This document shows, piece by piece, positions 1 to 11,227 of a stretch of DNA of 64,000 bases. Positions within the stretch are counted from its first letter, which is position 1, and each line of letters starts with the position of its first letter. A model generated the notes under the pieces. It had not been told where the DNA came from. It did no database searches and saw nothing but the letters and a program-made list of their open reading frames with translations. The stretch is from an uncultured Lachnospiraceae bacterium (GTDB taxonomy: Bacteria; Bacillota; Clostridia; Lachnospirales; Lachnospiraceae). The DNA lies in NCBI GenBank assembly GCA_910577115.1, contig CAJTMC010000002.1:33559-97558 (forward strand), read 5' to 3'. The translations under genes and the position numbers were made by a program.

Positions 1-1073
1 ACCTCACTCTTTTTCATATCATTTCTTTTTAAAGCATTCGCCAAATTCTCTGCAATAATACCCTCTCTGTTTCTAACAATATAAATGCTGTCATTTCGGT
101 CAAACTCGTTTAATAATTCTGAATAATGCGTTGAAAACAGAAGCGTTGCATGATTTTTATTGACTTTCGCATCCATAAACAAACGAATCAAAGTAGCTAC
201 AATTTCTCTGTTAAAATGGTTTTCTATTTCATCAATGAGCAGGTATCCTCCCTCATTGAATGCAAATACTGCACTCATAAACACACTTAATCCTTTTATT
301 GTCCCTGATGAAAGATATGTTTCAAGTGTTTGTATATTATTAATAGCAATTTCTTCTTTTCCGTAAAATTTCAATCGAATATCAACTTCTTTCTCATGTC
401 TGCTGCACTCAAGATATTCTATACTTGAATCCAAAAAAGTCAAAAGCTCTTTCGGAAATTTCCCCAAAACACTGAGCATATTATGATCCGTCCATACTAA
501 CATATCACGAACCAAATATCCGCTATTATTCTTTTTATTAATAGCAACCATAATGCTGATATCTTCCATCAAATACTGCTCATCTTGATTTCTTTTTTCT
601 TTTAAGTCCGTTTCCTGAAAATCAAACATACTTTTTTTTGTTTTTACTTTACAAATTTCTTTCGACCATAAATTTTCATCGGTAATGACAAGTTTTTCAC
701 TTTCATCTATATCATTTACTTTTTTTTCGATACAAGTTTCCAGTTTATGAATAAAATCCTTATTGTAAAAATACGCAGTAATAATCACTTTCTGATTCTT
801 TTCTAAATCATTCAGAACTTCTTTTGAAGGGATATTATTGATAGACTCATTATTCAACATTTTCATAGCAAAAGAGAGCGCTTTCAATATTGTTGTTTTT
901 CCGGAAGCATTAATACCTACAAATGAAATAACTTGATTCACATATATTGTTGAAAACACATTACAAAGCCGCTCTTTGTCTTCATCATCAACTCTTTGCC
1001 TTGCCACAAAATCTATATCTAATATATCCTTAAAATGTGGCAAACCTTCCATTGTTATTTTTAAAAGCTTCAT
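1..1073 (-). CDS. ABC-type AAA ATPase (AAA_21 / AbiEii-RloA-like), 3' end beyond the window
   Basis: Not in the ORF track because it has no stop in the window. Manual translation of segments from ATG 1073 gives MKLLKITMEGLPHF, Walker A GINASGKTT, signature YLSSGTIKG, Walker B GYLLIDEIENHF and H-loop FSTHY. AAGGAG RBS upstream. Confidence 0.85.
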   Translation of the reverse strand, partial: MKLLKITMEGLPHFKDILDIDFVARQRVDDEDKERLCNVFSTIYVNQVISFVGINASGKTTILKALSFAMKMLNNESINNIPSKEVLNDLEKNQKVIITAYFYNKDFIHKLETCIEKKVNDIDESEKLVITDENLWSKEICKVKTKKSMFDFQETDLKEKRNQDEQYLMEDISIMVAINKKNNSGYLVRDMLVWTDHNMLSVLGKFPKELLTFLDSSIEYLECSRHEKEVDIRLKFYGKEEIAINNIQTLETYLSSGTIKGLSVFMSAVFAFNEGGYLLIDEIENHFNREIVATLIRLFMDAKVNKNHATLLFSTHYSELLNEFDRNDSIYIVRNREGIIAENLANALKRNDMKKSE

Positions 1074-1116
1074 TTTACTCTCCTTTTATTTTCGCATTTT
1101 ACGTTTTTATTTTTAT

Positions 1117-1145
1117 ATTATACCCATAAAAAAGGCAAATATCAA
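1117..1145 (-). promoter_or_regulatory. sigma-A promoter of the AAA ATPase gene
   Basis: TTGATA-17 bp-TATAAT on the minus strand. Confidence 0.6.
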
Positions 1146-1211
1146 TATTTAATTACATCAAATTTGTTTTTATATTTTATCACAATAATAATAAATATAG
1201 TTTCAAGCAAC

Positions 1212-1249
1212 TAATGCGTAAGAAATCACATCAGATTCCTTACGCATTA
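1212..1249. terminator. Hairpin just downstream of the Thg1-like gene
   Basis: taatgcgtaagaaatc / gattccttacgcatta inverted repeat with one mismatch. Confidence 0.6.
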
Positions 1250-1256
1250 CATAAAT

Positions 1257-2018
1257 TTACTCCGTATCCGCAAACGCCGCAACCCATTCCCCATATTCTC
1301 TGCCAAGTGTCAGTTCATAATCTACCGTAAGCTCCCGCCGCGTTGTCTGCACCGTTTCTTTTTTCACAGGATTATATCCTTCCTTGATACTGTCTTGAAA
1401 GTAAACACCGCTACCGCGTTTCTGCCAGTTCGGAAGTTCATTGTAGTTGATTCCTTTTTGAAACAGCAGTTCGTTTTTAAAGGCTACGGATTTTCCTTCC
1501 AGCATTTCTGTTGCCTGCCCCTGTCCAATGCCCTCTTTTCTTAACGCCCAATAGCAGTGCGCATTGAGTGAATTTCTGTGCGCATCTTCCTGCCGCCATA
1601 TAAAGTAATCGGCTACCCGCTCAATATTGGGCAGCGGAATCACGCGACAGTCAAATGTTGCAGCCTGTCCTAATTTCAGTGAAAATACAGCGCTTGCTTC
1701 CCCTGCAAGGGTGGAATTGATTTTTCGTACTTTTCTGCCAAAGGTATTGTCCTTCGCATGGAACAAAAGTGAAATCTCATCGCTCTGCGTAAATCCGTAG
1801 ACAATCCGAAAACCGCACCCCATAAGGTACTTCACCGTTTCAACCATATAATCCCGAAACCGCACATCAAAAGGCGCTTCAAATTGGCAGATTTCCTTTG
1901 TCAGCTTTGTAAACGACCTGCCGTCAAGCCTCGCTGCAAGATACATATCAGGCAGTATGTACTGGTCAAGCGACTCCTCATAAATGCGCATCTGCCTGTC
2001 AAAGTCATCAAATTTCAT
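1257..2018 (-). CDS. tRNA(His) guanylyltransferase Thg1-like protein (3'-5' RNA polymerase)
   Basis: Thg1 catalytic motifs ARLDGRSF, TQSDEISL, FDCR, WRQED and NELPNWQKRG; 253 aa. Confidence 0.93.
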   Translation of the reverse strand: MKFDDFDRQMRIYEESLDQYILPDMYLAARLDGRSFTKLTKEICQFEAPFDVRFRDYMVETVKYLMGCGFRIVYGFTQSDEISLLFHAKDNTFGRKVRKINSTLAGEASAVFSLKLGQAATFDCRVIPLPNIERVADYFIWRQEDAHRNSLNAHCYWALRKEGIGQGQATEMLEGKSVAFKNELLFQKGINYNELPNWQKRGSGVYFQDSIKEGYNPVKKETVQTTRRELTVDYELTLGREYGEWVAAFADTE

Positions 2019-2102
2019 CTTGATCTTCCCACTCCTTTCTCAATCCGCAAATGGATGCCCAAACACCAATTTGCCGTTTGATAGTTTCAATAAACATTTT
2101 TT

Positions 2103-2549
2103 CTACTCTTTCCAGCCTTCTACAAGCATCTTCCCATTCTCCATATGCACAAAGTACAATTCATCAAAGCCTTCCGCATAACTTGGCAGCTCCAATTTAT
2201 TGGAAGTCGCCGCAATCGCGGTTCTTGGAACCTTTGCCTTTCCCTCTCTTTTTTCGTTCCGTTCCACACAATCATTGATGCGCGATTGAAAAAAGTATCC
2301 CGTAATGCGATATCCGTTTTCCTTTGCCTTACGGATATAACCTTCCCGATCCGCCACCGTCGGATTCGTATTGTCAATAACCATACTTTTCCCCAAAGAA
2401 AAAGCCTCCTCTATCGCAATCCGCTCTTTGTTTCGGGTGTGAAGAATATCCAGACTGACATACTCATACTGCGCAAACTGCTTATGGTAAAACGTCGTCT
2501 TTCCGCTCGCCTGTATCCCTATAAAGATAATCATTTCCTTATTGTTCAT
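2103..2549 (-). CDS. P-loop kinase, polynucleotide 5'-kinase-like (AAA_33)
   Basis: GIQASGKTT Walker A, downstream Asp in VSLD, VIDNTN Walker B-like motif, RxxxR lid (RNEKR). Start placed at ATG 2549; the track uses GTG 2561. Confidence 0.8.
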   Translation of the reverse strand: MNNKEMIIFIGIQASGKTTFYHKQFAQYEYVSLDILHTRNKERIAIEEAFSLGKSMVIDNTNPTVADREGYIRKAKENGYRITGYFFQSRINDCVERNEKREGKAKVPRTAIAATSNKLELPSYAEGFDELYFVHMENGKMLVEGWKE

Positions 2550-2646
2550 ATTTCCTGCCACCTACTCGCCACTGCTATCCAATCTTATTGACTAATTCAA
2601 GCTGCACACGCCAACATTATCAAAACCGGAGATGTTGAATATCCCG

Positions 2647-3768
2647 TTAATTCACAATATCCTCGCTCAATCCTTGTTCCAACTCTTCTATCGTAGGGAG
2701 TGTACCTTTAAAATCCTTAGGCATTAACGCATTTAATTCATATTCAGATATCCCTATCGGTTCTGTAGATGTTTCAACTGCATATTTTGCCAATATATTG
2801 TCTTTGGTTTTACAGATTAGAAGACCTACTGTTTGTGTATCACCATCGCCTTTAAGCGTATGATTTACCGCTGATACATATGTAGCTGTCTGTGAAATAA
2901 ATCCCGGTTCAAAATCTACAATCTTTACTTCAACAACCACATAACAATGACGCTTTATATTATAGAACAGCATATCAATATACTGTTCCGTATTTCCGAC
3001 CTGTAATCGGTATTCTCTTCCTACAAACGCAAATCCGGTTCCAAGTTCCATTAAAAAATTCTGTACATTGTCCATCAATGCATCTTTTAGTTCTTTTTCA
3101 TTATATCCCTGACGAATTGCAACAAAATCGAAATTATATGGATCCTTTGTTATTTCTTGCGCCAAATCACCTGATTCTTTTGGTAATGTGTATTTGAAAT
3201 TAGTGATTGCCTGTCCCTGACGCTCAAATAAATCTGTATCTAAAAAATTTAATAAAACCGCCCTTGACCAATTATTTTCAATGACCTTATCAATGTAAAA
3301 ATGAAACTTTTCAGGATTATCATGGCACTTATCTATCAACACTTTAATATGTCCCCACGGAATCATAAAAACTTTATTGGCTGCCATCTCAAATCGTTCC
3401 TCAACTTGGGGAACAATTTTATTTCCATTATTATCCAGAAATTGTTCCCCAAGTTGAGGAACAATTTCAATATCCTTAAAAAGAACGTAAAACCGCATCA
3501 TATAACGCAAATTAGTTGGGGAAAATCCTTTAACATTAGGAATCATATCTGCCATATCCATACTCATATTTTGAAAAAATTTATTTCCCCATTTACTGTC
3601 AGCACGTCTTTCTGTAATATCCTTTCCTACTGACCAATAATACATTAGCATTTCGTTATTCACACGAATAGACGCCTTGATCTGACTTGTTCTATATCTT
3701 TTTCCAAGTTCCTGTATCCAACTTCTGTATTCCTCATCAAGCCGCATTAATTCACTTATGATATTCAC
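2647..3768 (-). CDS. YhcG/DUF1016 family PD-(D/E)XK nuclease
   Basis: YYWSVG, WGNKF, GFSPTNLRYM, IPWGH, KDPYNFDF, LMELGTGFAFVGRE, IDMLFY, VVEVK. Confidence 0.92.
   Translation of the reverse strand: MNIISELMRLDEEYRSWIQELGKRYRTSQIKASIRVNNEMLMYYWSVGKDITERRADSKWGNKFFQNMSMDMADMIPNVKGFSPTNLRYMMRFYVLFKDIEIVPQLGEQFLDNNGNKIVPQVEERFEMAANKVFMIPWGHIKVLIDKCHDNPEKFHFYIDKVIENNWSRAVLLNFLDTDLFERQGQAITNFKYTLPKESGDLAQEITKDPYNFDFVAIRQGYNEKELKDALMDNVQNFLMELGTGFAFVGREYRLQVGNTEQYIDMLFYNIKRHCYVVVEVKIVDFEPGFISQTATYVSAVNHTLKGDGDTQTVGLLICKTKDNILAKYAVETSTEPIGISEYELNALMPKDFKGTLPTIEELEQGLSEDIVN
3391..3467. repeat. Two 29-bp imperfect palindromes, mutually inverted, inside the YhcG CDS
   Basis: AAATCGTTCCTCAACTTGGGGAACAATTT (3391-3419) and AAATTGTTCCCCAAGTTGAGGAACAATTT (3439-3467). 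The first matches the reverse complement of the second at 28/29 positions. Confidence 0.9.
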
Positions 3769-3967
3769 CTTCTTCTAATAAATTTTATTATTGTTCATTT
3801 CAACATGGATAAAATTTTACGTAATTACAAATTTGCTATAAATTCTCCGGTTTTATCCTTTCCATATCCAAATTCATTATATTTCGTATTGTACAATTTT
3901 CCGATTGTCTTACTTATTGCAGTCTTTTCCCATTTCAAAATGCGCCTCAATTATGAACAAACACCAC

Positions 3968-4936
3968 TTACCCACGTTTTTGCGCCGTCACATTGACCCA
4001 CTCTCCCTGATAGCTCACGTCAATCACCTCAAGTCCCGCCTGTTCGACCGCATCACGTACAACCTGCTCCTTATTATCAATAATTCCGGAAGTAATATAA
4101 ACGCCACCCGGCTTTAGCTGATTTACAATGACAGGCGTCAGGGGCACCAATACGTCCGCTAAAATATTTGCGACAACAATGTCATATTTTTCATAGCCGA
4201 CACTGTCCTGAACAGACTTGTCCGTTATAATATTTCCAATCATCATTTCAAAACACTCCGGCTGAATATTGTTCACCTTCATATTTTCACGCACAGCCTC
4301 GACTGCACATGGATCCAAATCCGTTCCCACCGCATGTTTGATGCCATACATTAAGGAAATAATCGCAAGGATTCCGCTGCCTGTTCCCACATCAAGCAGT
4401 TCTGTTTCCGGTGTGATGTACTTTTTTAACTGTCTGATGCAAAGCTGCGTCGTTTCATGCATTCCCGTACCGAACGCAGTGCCCGGATCAATATGGAGAA
4501 TTTTCTTATCCTTATCCTCAGGCTTTACCTCTTCCCAAGACGGTATCACAAGCAAATCGTCAATGTAGAATTGATGGAAAAACTGCTTCCAGTTATTAAT
4601 CCAGTCAATGTCCTCCGTTTCCGACACCATAATCGTACCCTCGCCCACGTCCATAAAATTGCGCAAACCGTCCAGCTCCTGCTTAATCTTTTCAGTCATT
4701 TCTTCCGTATCAACAGGGTGCTCCTCACTATCCTCCACAAAAAAACTAAGGTACGCAATCCCGTCATCTTCCGGCCCATCGGGAAGAATATCTACAAACA
4801 TTTGTTCTTTTTCCAACGGTGTCAGCGGCACCTTGTCCTCAATCTGCGCGCCTTCCAATCCAATGTCATAAAGCGTACTGATAATAATATCCTCCGCCTC
4901 AGTAATTGTTTTTACCGTAAATTTTTTCCACTTCAT
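3968..4936 (-). CDS. prmA: Ribosomal protein L11 methyltransferase
   Basis: IDPGTAFGTGMHETT, LDVGTGSGIL, VANILA; follows dnaJ. Confidence 0.97.
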   Translation of the reverse strand: MKWKKFTVKTITEAEDIIISTLYDIGLEGAQIEDKVPLTPLEKEQMFVDILPDGPEDDGIAYLSFFVEDSEEHPVDTEEMTEKIKQELDGLRNFMDVGEGTIMVSETEDIDWINNWKQFFHQFYIDDLLVIPSWEEVKPEDKDKKILHIDPGTAFGTGMHETTQLCIRQLKKYITPETELLDVGTGSGILAIISLMYGIKHAVGTDLDPCAVEAVRENMKVNNIQPECFEMMIGNIITDKSVQDSVGYEKYDIVVANILADVLVPLTPVIVNQLKPGGVYITSGIIDNKEQVVRDAVEQAGLEVIDVSYQGEWVNVTAQKRG

Positions 4937-5028
4937 ATGTTTCCCCTTTCGACTGTCTTATTGAATCAAAAAAACTTCCGTATCATACGATATCTTATGA
5001 ATATCATACCATACGGAAGTTCAAATTG

Positions 5029-6204
5029 CTATTTATTAAAGAAACCTTTCCGTTTCTTTTCCTTTTTGTCCTTTTCCTCATTCGGTTCGCTGTTTTCCAT
5101 ATTTTTCACAGCTTCCAAGCTATTTCCCGTCTCACTGTCAAACTTGCGCAGCAGCTCCTTTGCCTCACTGGAAAGCTTTTCGGGAACCTGTACCACAAGC
5201 GTCACATAATGGTCGCCGCGCACGTCTTTATTCCGAAGCGACGGAACACCTTTTCCGCGCAATCTGACACGCGTGTCAGTTTGTGTACCGGCCTTCACAT
5301 CATAAACAACCTTACCGTCTACCGTATCAATCAGCACCTCTCCACCAAGCGCTGCAACTGCGAACGAAACAGGCACTGTAGAAAATATGTTCATATCCTG
5401 CCTTTGGAAAATCGGATGTCTGTCTACTACAACCTCAACCAGCAAATCTCCTCTCGGCCCGCCGTTGACACCCGGCTCGCCCTTGTCTCTGATCCGTACA
5501 CTCTGCCCGTTGTCAATACCTGCCGGAATCGATACCTGTATCTTTTTCCTGCCCGAAATATATCCGCTTCCGCCACAGTCAGGACACTTATCCTTGATGG
5601 TCTTTCCTGTACCGCCGCAGTCGGGACACGTCTGCGAATTTTGAATTGTGCCAAACGGCGTCTGACGCCTTGTCACCACCTGACCGCGACCGCCGCAGCG
5701 GTGACAGGTCTCGGGCGAAGTACCGGGTTTTGCTCCGCTTCCGTTACACGTCTTACAGGTATCCTTCAGATTCAGGTCAAGCTCCTTTTCCACGCCAAAC
5801 ACAGCCTCCGAAAATGTGATTCGGACACTGGTGCGCAGATTTGCGCCTCTCATTGGTCCATTGCTTGAACGGCGGCTGCCGCCACCGAAAAAGTCGCCAA
5901 AAATATCTCCAAATATGTCAGAAAAGTCGGCGCCGCCAAAGTCAAAGCCACCAAAGCCGCCGGCACCGCCGCCTTCAAACGCAGCATGACCAAACTGGTC
6001 ATACTGGCGTCTCTTTTCAGGATCACTCAGCACCGCATATGCCTCTGATGCCTCCTTAAATTTCTTTTCGGCCTCAGCGTCACCCGGATTCATATCGGGA
6101 TGATATTTCTTGGCAAGCTGTCTGTATGCTTTTTTAATTGAGGCATCGTCGGCGCCGCGCTCGACGCCTAAAACCTCATAGTAATCTCTTTTTTGTTCTG
6201 CCAT
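5029..6204 (-). CDS. dnaJ: Chaperone DnaJ
   Basis: J domain with HPD, G/F-rich region, four CxxCxGxG repeats. Confidence 0.98.
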   Translation of the reverse strand: MAEQKRDYYEVLGVERGADDASIKKAYRQLAKKYHPDMNPGDAEAEKKFKEASEAYAVLSDPEKRRQYDQFGHAAFEGGGAGGFGGFDFGGADFSDIFGDIFGDFFGGGSRRSSNGPMRGANLRTSVRITFSEAVFGVEKELDLNLKDTCKTCNGSGAKPGTSPETCHRCGGRGQVVTRRQTPFGTIQNSQTCPDCGGTGKTIKDKCPDCGGSGYISGRKKIQVSIPAGIDNGQSVRIRDKGEPGVNGGPRGDLLVEVVVDRHPIFQRQDMNIFSTVPVSFAVAALGGEVLIDTVDGKVVYDVKAGTQTDTRVRLRGKGVPSLRNKDVRGDHYVTLVVQVPEKLSSEAKELLRKFDSETGNSLEAVKNMENSEPNEEKDKKEKKRKGFFNK

Positions 6205-6244
6205 AGTTATAGCCTTTCTTAATATACAGTATATTATGCTACAT

Positions 6245-6271
6245 AAAGAACGCCTCCCTTTGGCGTTCTTT
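6245..6271 (-). terminator. Intrinsic terminator-like hairpin between dnaK and dnaJ
   Basis: aaagaacgcc-N7-ggcgttcttt. Confidence 0.6.
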
Positions 6272-6274
6272 GAA

Positions 6275-6392
6275 ACGAAACTTAGAAAATCTTAGGCATC
6301 GTATTTTGATGCCTTAGATTTTCTTTTCGTAAAATGAAACTTACAAATTCTTAGGCATTGTCTTTTTATGCCTTAGCATTTGTTTTCATTTT
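6275..6392. repeat. Two tandem copies of a ~60 bp bulged hairpin repeat after the dnaK stop
   Basis: 6275-6330 and 6331-6392 share the same architecture: outer stem, CTT bulge, stem, T/T mismatch, inner stem, GT-T-rich loop. Confidence 0.8.
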
Positions 6393-8288
<1,896 letters not shown>

Positions 8289-8363
8289 TCATTTCAATTT
8301 GTTCTCTTTTCATAATCTTACTTTTTCTCAACGCGCGAATTTGTGCCTCTGCACAAATTTGCT

Positions 8364-8424
8364 GTGTGAAGCTTTAGAAATTCTTAGTCTGCGTACTTTG
8401 CAGGGTTAGAATTTCTCTTCACAC
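8364..8424. repeat. Third copy of the bulged hairpin repeat, after the grpE stop
   Basis: gtgtgaag-cttt-agaaattct-tagtctgc-gtacttt-gcagggtt-agaatttct-cttcacac. Confidence 0.75.
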
Positions 8425-8425
8425 T

Positions 8426-9052
8426 TTATTCCACAACAGCCACCATGCTATGACGCACGACGCTGTCGCGGTATGTGTAACCTTTTTGAAGTTCCTGAGC
8501 TACAATGCCCGATTCGTATTCCTCGCTTGCAACCTGCATCACCGCGTTGTGCAGCTCGGGATTAAATTCACAGCCTACCGCCTCAATTGGTTTTACCTCA
8601 AGCTTTTCAAGCTCTGTAATCAGCTGCTTATAAACCATGTTCATGCCCTCTGCAAAGGGTTCCTTCATTTCCTCCTCGGAAAGTCCTGCAAGTCCGCGCT
8701 CGAAATTGTCTACCACCGGCAAAATCTTTTCAACCACGCTCTTTGCACCAGTCTCAAACATTGCCGATTTTTCCTTTTCGGAGCGTTTGCGGAAATTGTC
8801 AAATTCCGCCATTTGACGCTTTACCCTGTCCTCAAGCTCATCGACCTTTTCCTGAAGCTTATTGGACTTTTTGTCTTTTCCCAAAAGCGATTTCTTCTTC
8901 CCCTTTTTCTCGTCCGGCGCCGCATTTTCCTCCGGCGCGTCGCCTTCCTGTGAATTTTCTTCCTCCAAAACTGTTTCCTCGGAACTGTTCTCCTCGGGAG
9001 TCGTATTTTCTAAATCATCCTGTTTGTCTAAATCCTTTTCTTCCACGCTCAC
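8426..9052 (-). CDS. grpE: Nucleotide exchange factor GrpE
   Basis: AEFDNFRKR, ILPVVDNFER, FNPELHNAV, QKGY. Confidence 0.97.
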   Translation of the reverse strand: MSVEEKDLDKQDDLENTTPEENSSEETVLEEENSQEGDAPEENAAPDEKKGKKKSLLGKDKKSNKLQEKVDELEDRVKRQMAEFDNFRKRSEKEKSAMFETGAKSVVEKILPVVDNFERGLAGLSEEEMKEPFAEGMNMVYKQLITELEKLEVKPIEAVGCEFNPELHNAVMQVASEEYESGIVAQELQKGYTYRDSVVRHSMVAVVE

Positions 9053-9089
9053 TCGTCGTCCTTTCTATATTATAATAATCTATTTCTGT

Positions 9090-10151
9090 TTAAGTCTGCC
9101 CGTCGTCCTTTTTGTAAATGGTATCAAGCTGGCTTTTTAACGTTTTCAGTGTATGGATTACCTTGTCATAGTCCATTCGTCTTGGCCCGATAATGCCGAT
9201 TGTTCCTTTTACCCCCTCCTCAAGCTCGTAGGTTGCCGTAACCACGCTGCAGTCCTTCATGGTCCTGACGGGTGTTTCGTTTCCGATATAAACCTGTATG
9301 CCCGTTCCCGTTTCATCAGTAAGTGTTTCGTTGACCAATTCAGTCAGGAGCTGTTTTTCCTCAAAGGTTGTAATCAGCTCGCTTGCCCTTTGATTATCCG
9401 CAAGCTCGGGATATTTAAAAATATTGTTTGCGCCGCTTGTGTAAATTTCAACGTTTTCATCATTTTTGATTTGTGATGCCACCGCGTCCATTACTTCCGC
9501 TACAATGTTTGCGCAGTCACCTGCCTGCTGTTTTAATTTTGCAATCATCGCAAGGTTGATTTCCTCAATTGGCAGTCCGTTCAGGTTTGTGTTCAGCAAA
9601 ATATTCAGCTTTAAAAGCGTTTCGTCGTCAAGTGGGTCATCAACGACGATCATGCTGTTTTTAATCACATTTCCTTCCACAACTATCGTGGTAAGCAGCT
9701 GGCATTTTTCAACTCTTGAAAGCTGGATAAATTTGAGCTTATTTCCTTTTACCTGCGGTGCGGATATCATGGTGGCATAGTTTGTGTTTGCGGCAAGCAT
9801 TTTCGCCATTTGCTTGAGCACCGATTCCATTTTGTCCTCCCGCTCAAGGAGGAGTTTCTGCAGTTCCTTGACCTCCTGTGTCGCCTGATTGAGCTGCTCC
9901 TCTTTTTCAAGCATCATGTGGTCTACATACAACCTGTAGCCTTTGTCCGACGGAATACGTCCCGCAGAGGTATGCGGCTGAAGAATGTAGCCAAGCTCCT
10001 CCAAGTCGGACATCTCGTTTCGGATTGTGGCGGAGCTTAGGTTCAAATCCGTATACTTTGAAATTGTCCTGCTGCCTACCGGTTCTCCCGTTTCCAAATA
10101 GTTTCGGATAATCGCCTGAAGAATTTTCAGCTTCCGCTCGTCTAAGTCCAA
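9090..10151 (-). CDS. hrcA: Heat-inducible transcription repressor HrcA
   Basis: EPVGSRT, SSATIRNEMSDLE, HTSAGRIPSDKGYR, IGPRRMDY. Start moved to TTG 10151 (AAAGGGG RBS) because the longer track ORF runs through CIRCE. Confidence 0.97.
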   Translation of the reverse strand: MDLDERKLKILQAIIRNYLETGEPVGSRTISKYTDLNLSSATIRNEMSDLEELGYILQPHTSAGRIPSDKGYRLYVDHMMLEKEEQLNQATQEVKELQKLLLEREDKMESVLKQMAKMLAANTNYATMISAPQVKGNKLKFIQLSRVEKCQLLTTIVVEGNVIKNSMIVVDDPLDDETLLKLNILLNTNLNGLPIEEINLAMIAKLKQQAGDCANIVAEVMDAVASQIKNDENVEIYTSGANNIFKYPELADNQRASELITTFEEKQLLTELVNETLTDETGTGIQVYIGNETPVRTMKDCSVVTATYELEEGVKGTIGIIGPRRMDYDKVIHTLKTLKSQLDTIYKKDDGQT

Positions 10152-10189
10152 CCTGCCACGCCCCTTTCTGACTGATGTTTGAGAATTTA

Positions 10190-10216
10190 TTAGCACTCTT
10201 TGCGATTGAGTGCTAA
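10190..10216. promoter_or_regulatory. CIRCE operator (HrcA binding site)
   Basis: Perfect TTAGCACTC-N9-GAGTGCTAA upstream of hrcA; TTGACA -35 on the minus strand at about 10254-10259. Confidence 0.98.
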
Positions 10217-10399
10217 TATTTACATATATTAACTTACTACTTTCCAAAATTATTGTCAACAATCTTTTTCTAATTATTTATAAACATTTTCTAAAAACTG
10301 CAATATTTACGTAATTTAAAAATGTTGTTATAATGATTGTTTCCATTATTTATAGAAGAAATATTTCATTCTATTCTGTTTTTTCCTGATCTGGAGTAT

Positions 10400-10709
10400 C
10401 TGTTGAGGCAGGAACCTCTGTAGATTTGGAATAACAGTACTTTCTTGTTTTTCCGAATTATGACAGTGAATGGAACCGTATTGAAGATTACACAATTGTG
10501 ACATATTGAATAGAAGCCGCCGAAAACGATCCGATTGGGGCGGATCGGATTGAAGCGTATCCTGATAAGAGGGAAAACGGAGATTATTACAGGCTATATG
10601 TGGGAGAAGATGAAACGGGGAAAGCCCTGACCTTTACAAAATCGTGGAAGTTTATGAAACCGAAACGGGTTTTGCGTTTCAAAACGACAGTTATTCTCCT
10701 TGGAAGTAA
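10400..10709 (+). pseudogene. Degraded coding remnant of unknown family
   Basis: Protein-like acidic peptide blocks (FPNYDSEWNRIEDYTIV, ENGDYYRLYVGEDE, EVYETETGFAFQNDSYSPWK*) broken by stops and frameshifts, followed by a hairpin. Confidence 0.4.
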
Positions 10710-10779
10710 CTTTTGAAATTATACGCGCCTGCCCAATGAAAGTTTTGACTTTGGACAGGCGCATTTTTTAATAATGATT

Positions 10780-11130
10780 TTAAACGAACTCTTCCCGCAT
10801 GGGGTTGAAAATATCGAGCAGAATGCCCTCTTTCAGGCAGACGCAGCCATGTTCAATTCCGTTTCTTTTTAAAAGCACGTCGCCGGCGTTTACAATTTTC
10901 TTTTCCTCGCCGACCGTAAACTCGAACTGCCCGGACACAACGTACGTGATTTGCGTGTGCGGGTGGCTGTGCAATGCGCCGACTGCGCCCTCTTTAAAAT
11001 GGTTCTCGACGCACATCATTTCGTCGGCGTATGCCATGATTTTGCGTTCTACGCCTTCTGCGCAGGGCTCGGCGTCGATTTCAGTATTGAAATTCCAAAT
11101 GTTGTTTTTCGTTGTTTTCATGGTATTCAT
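10780..11130 (-). CDS. Cupin domain protein (KdgF-like)
   Basis: HSHPHTQITYVVSG, EHGCVC, LDIFNPMREEF. Confidence 0.85.
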   Translation of the reverse strand: MNTMKTTKNNIWNFNTEIDAEPCAEGVERKIMAYADEMMCVENHFKEGAVGALHSHPHTQITYVVSGQFEFTVGEEKKIVNAGDVLLKRNGIEHGCVCLKEGILLDIFNPMREEFV

Positions 11131-11140
11131 TCCTTTCTTG

Positions 11141-11227
11141 CTATATAAGATTTTCCTCTTCGCTTTCTCTTATAATATCTGTTAATTCATGGATTTCACC
11201 TATATCTGTAACGTCCATCCTCATCAT
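11141..11227 (-). CDS. Putative 28-aa acidic peptide
   Basis: AAAGGAG-N6-ATG; MMRMDVTDIGEIHELTDIIRESEEENLI; stop abuts the cupin RBS. Confidence 0.45.
   Translation of the reverse strand: MMRMDVTDIGEIHELTDIIRESEEENLI

Noticed and set aside
2019..2102. Readthrough or fusion of the kinase and Thg1-like genes
   Set aside because: A second in-frame stop follows the kinase stop, and the Thg1-like gene has its own upstream AAAGGAG.
4457..5868. Long plus-strand ORFs (250 and 280 aa) opposite prmA and dnaJ
   Set aside because: Antisense shadows of conserved genes with no motifs. The same applies to most short overlapping ORFs in the track.
6275..6392. CRISPR array
   Set aside because: Only two adjacent diverged hairpins, with no spacers and no cas genes.
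10190..10216. CIRCE as a novel palindrome
   Set aside because: It is the textbook HrcA operator.
10152..10262. 36-aa N-terminal extension of HrcA in the ORF track
   Set aside because: It overlaps the promoter and CIRCE, and the RBS points to TTG 10151.
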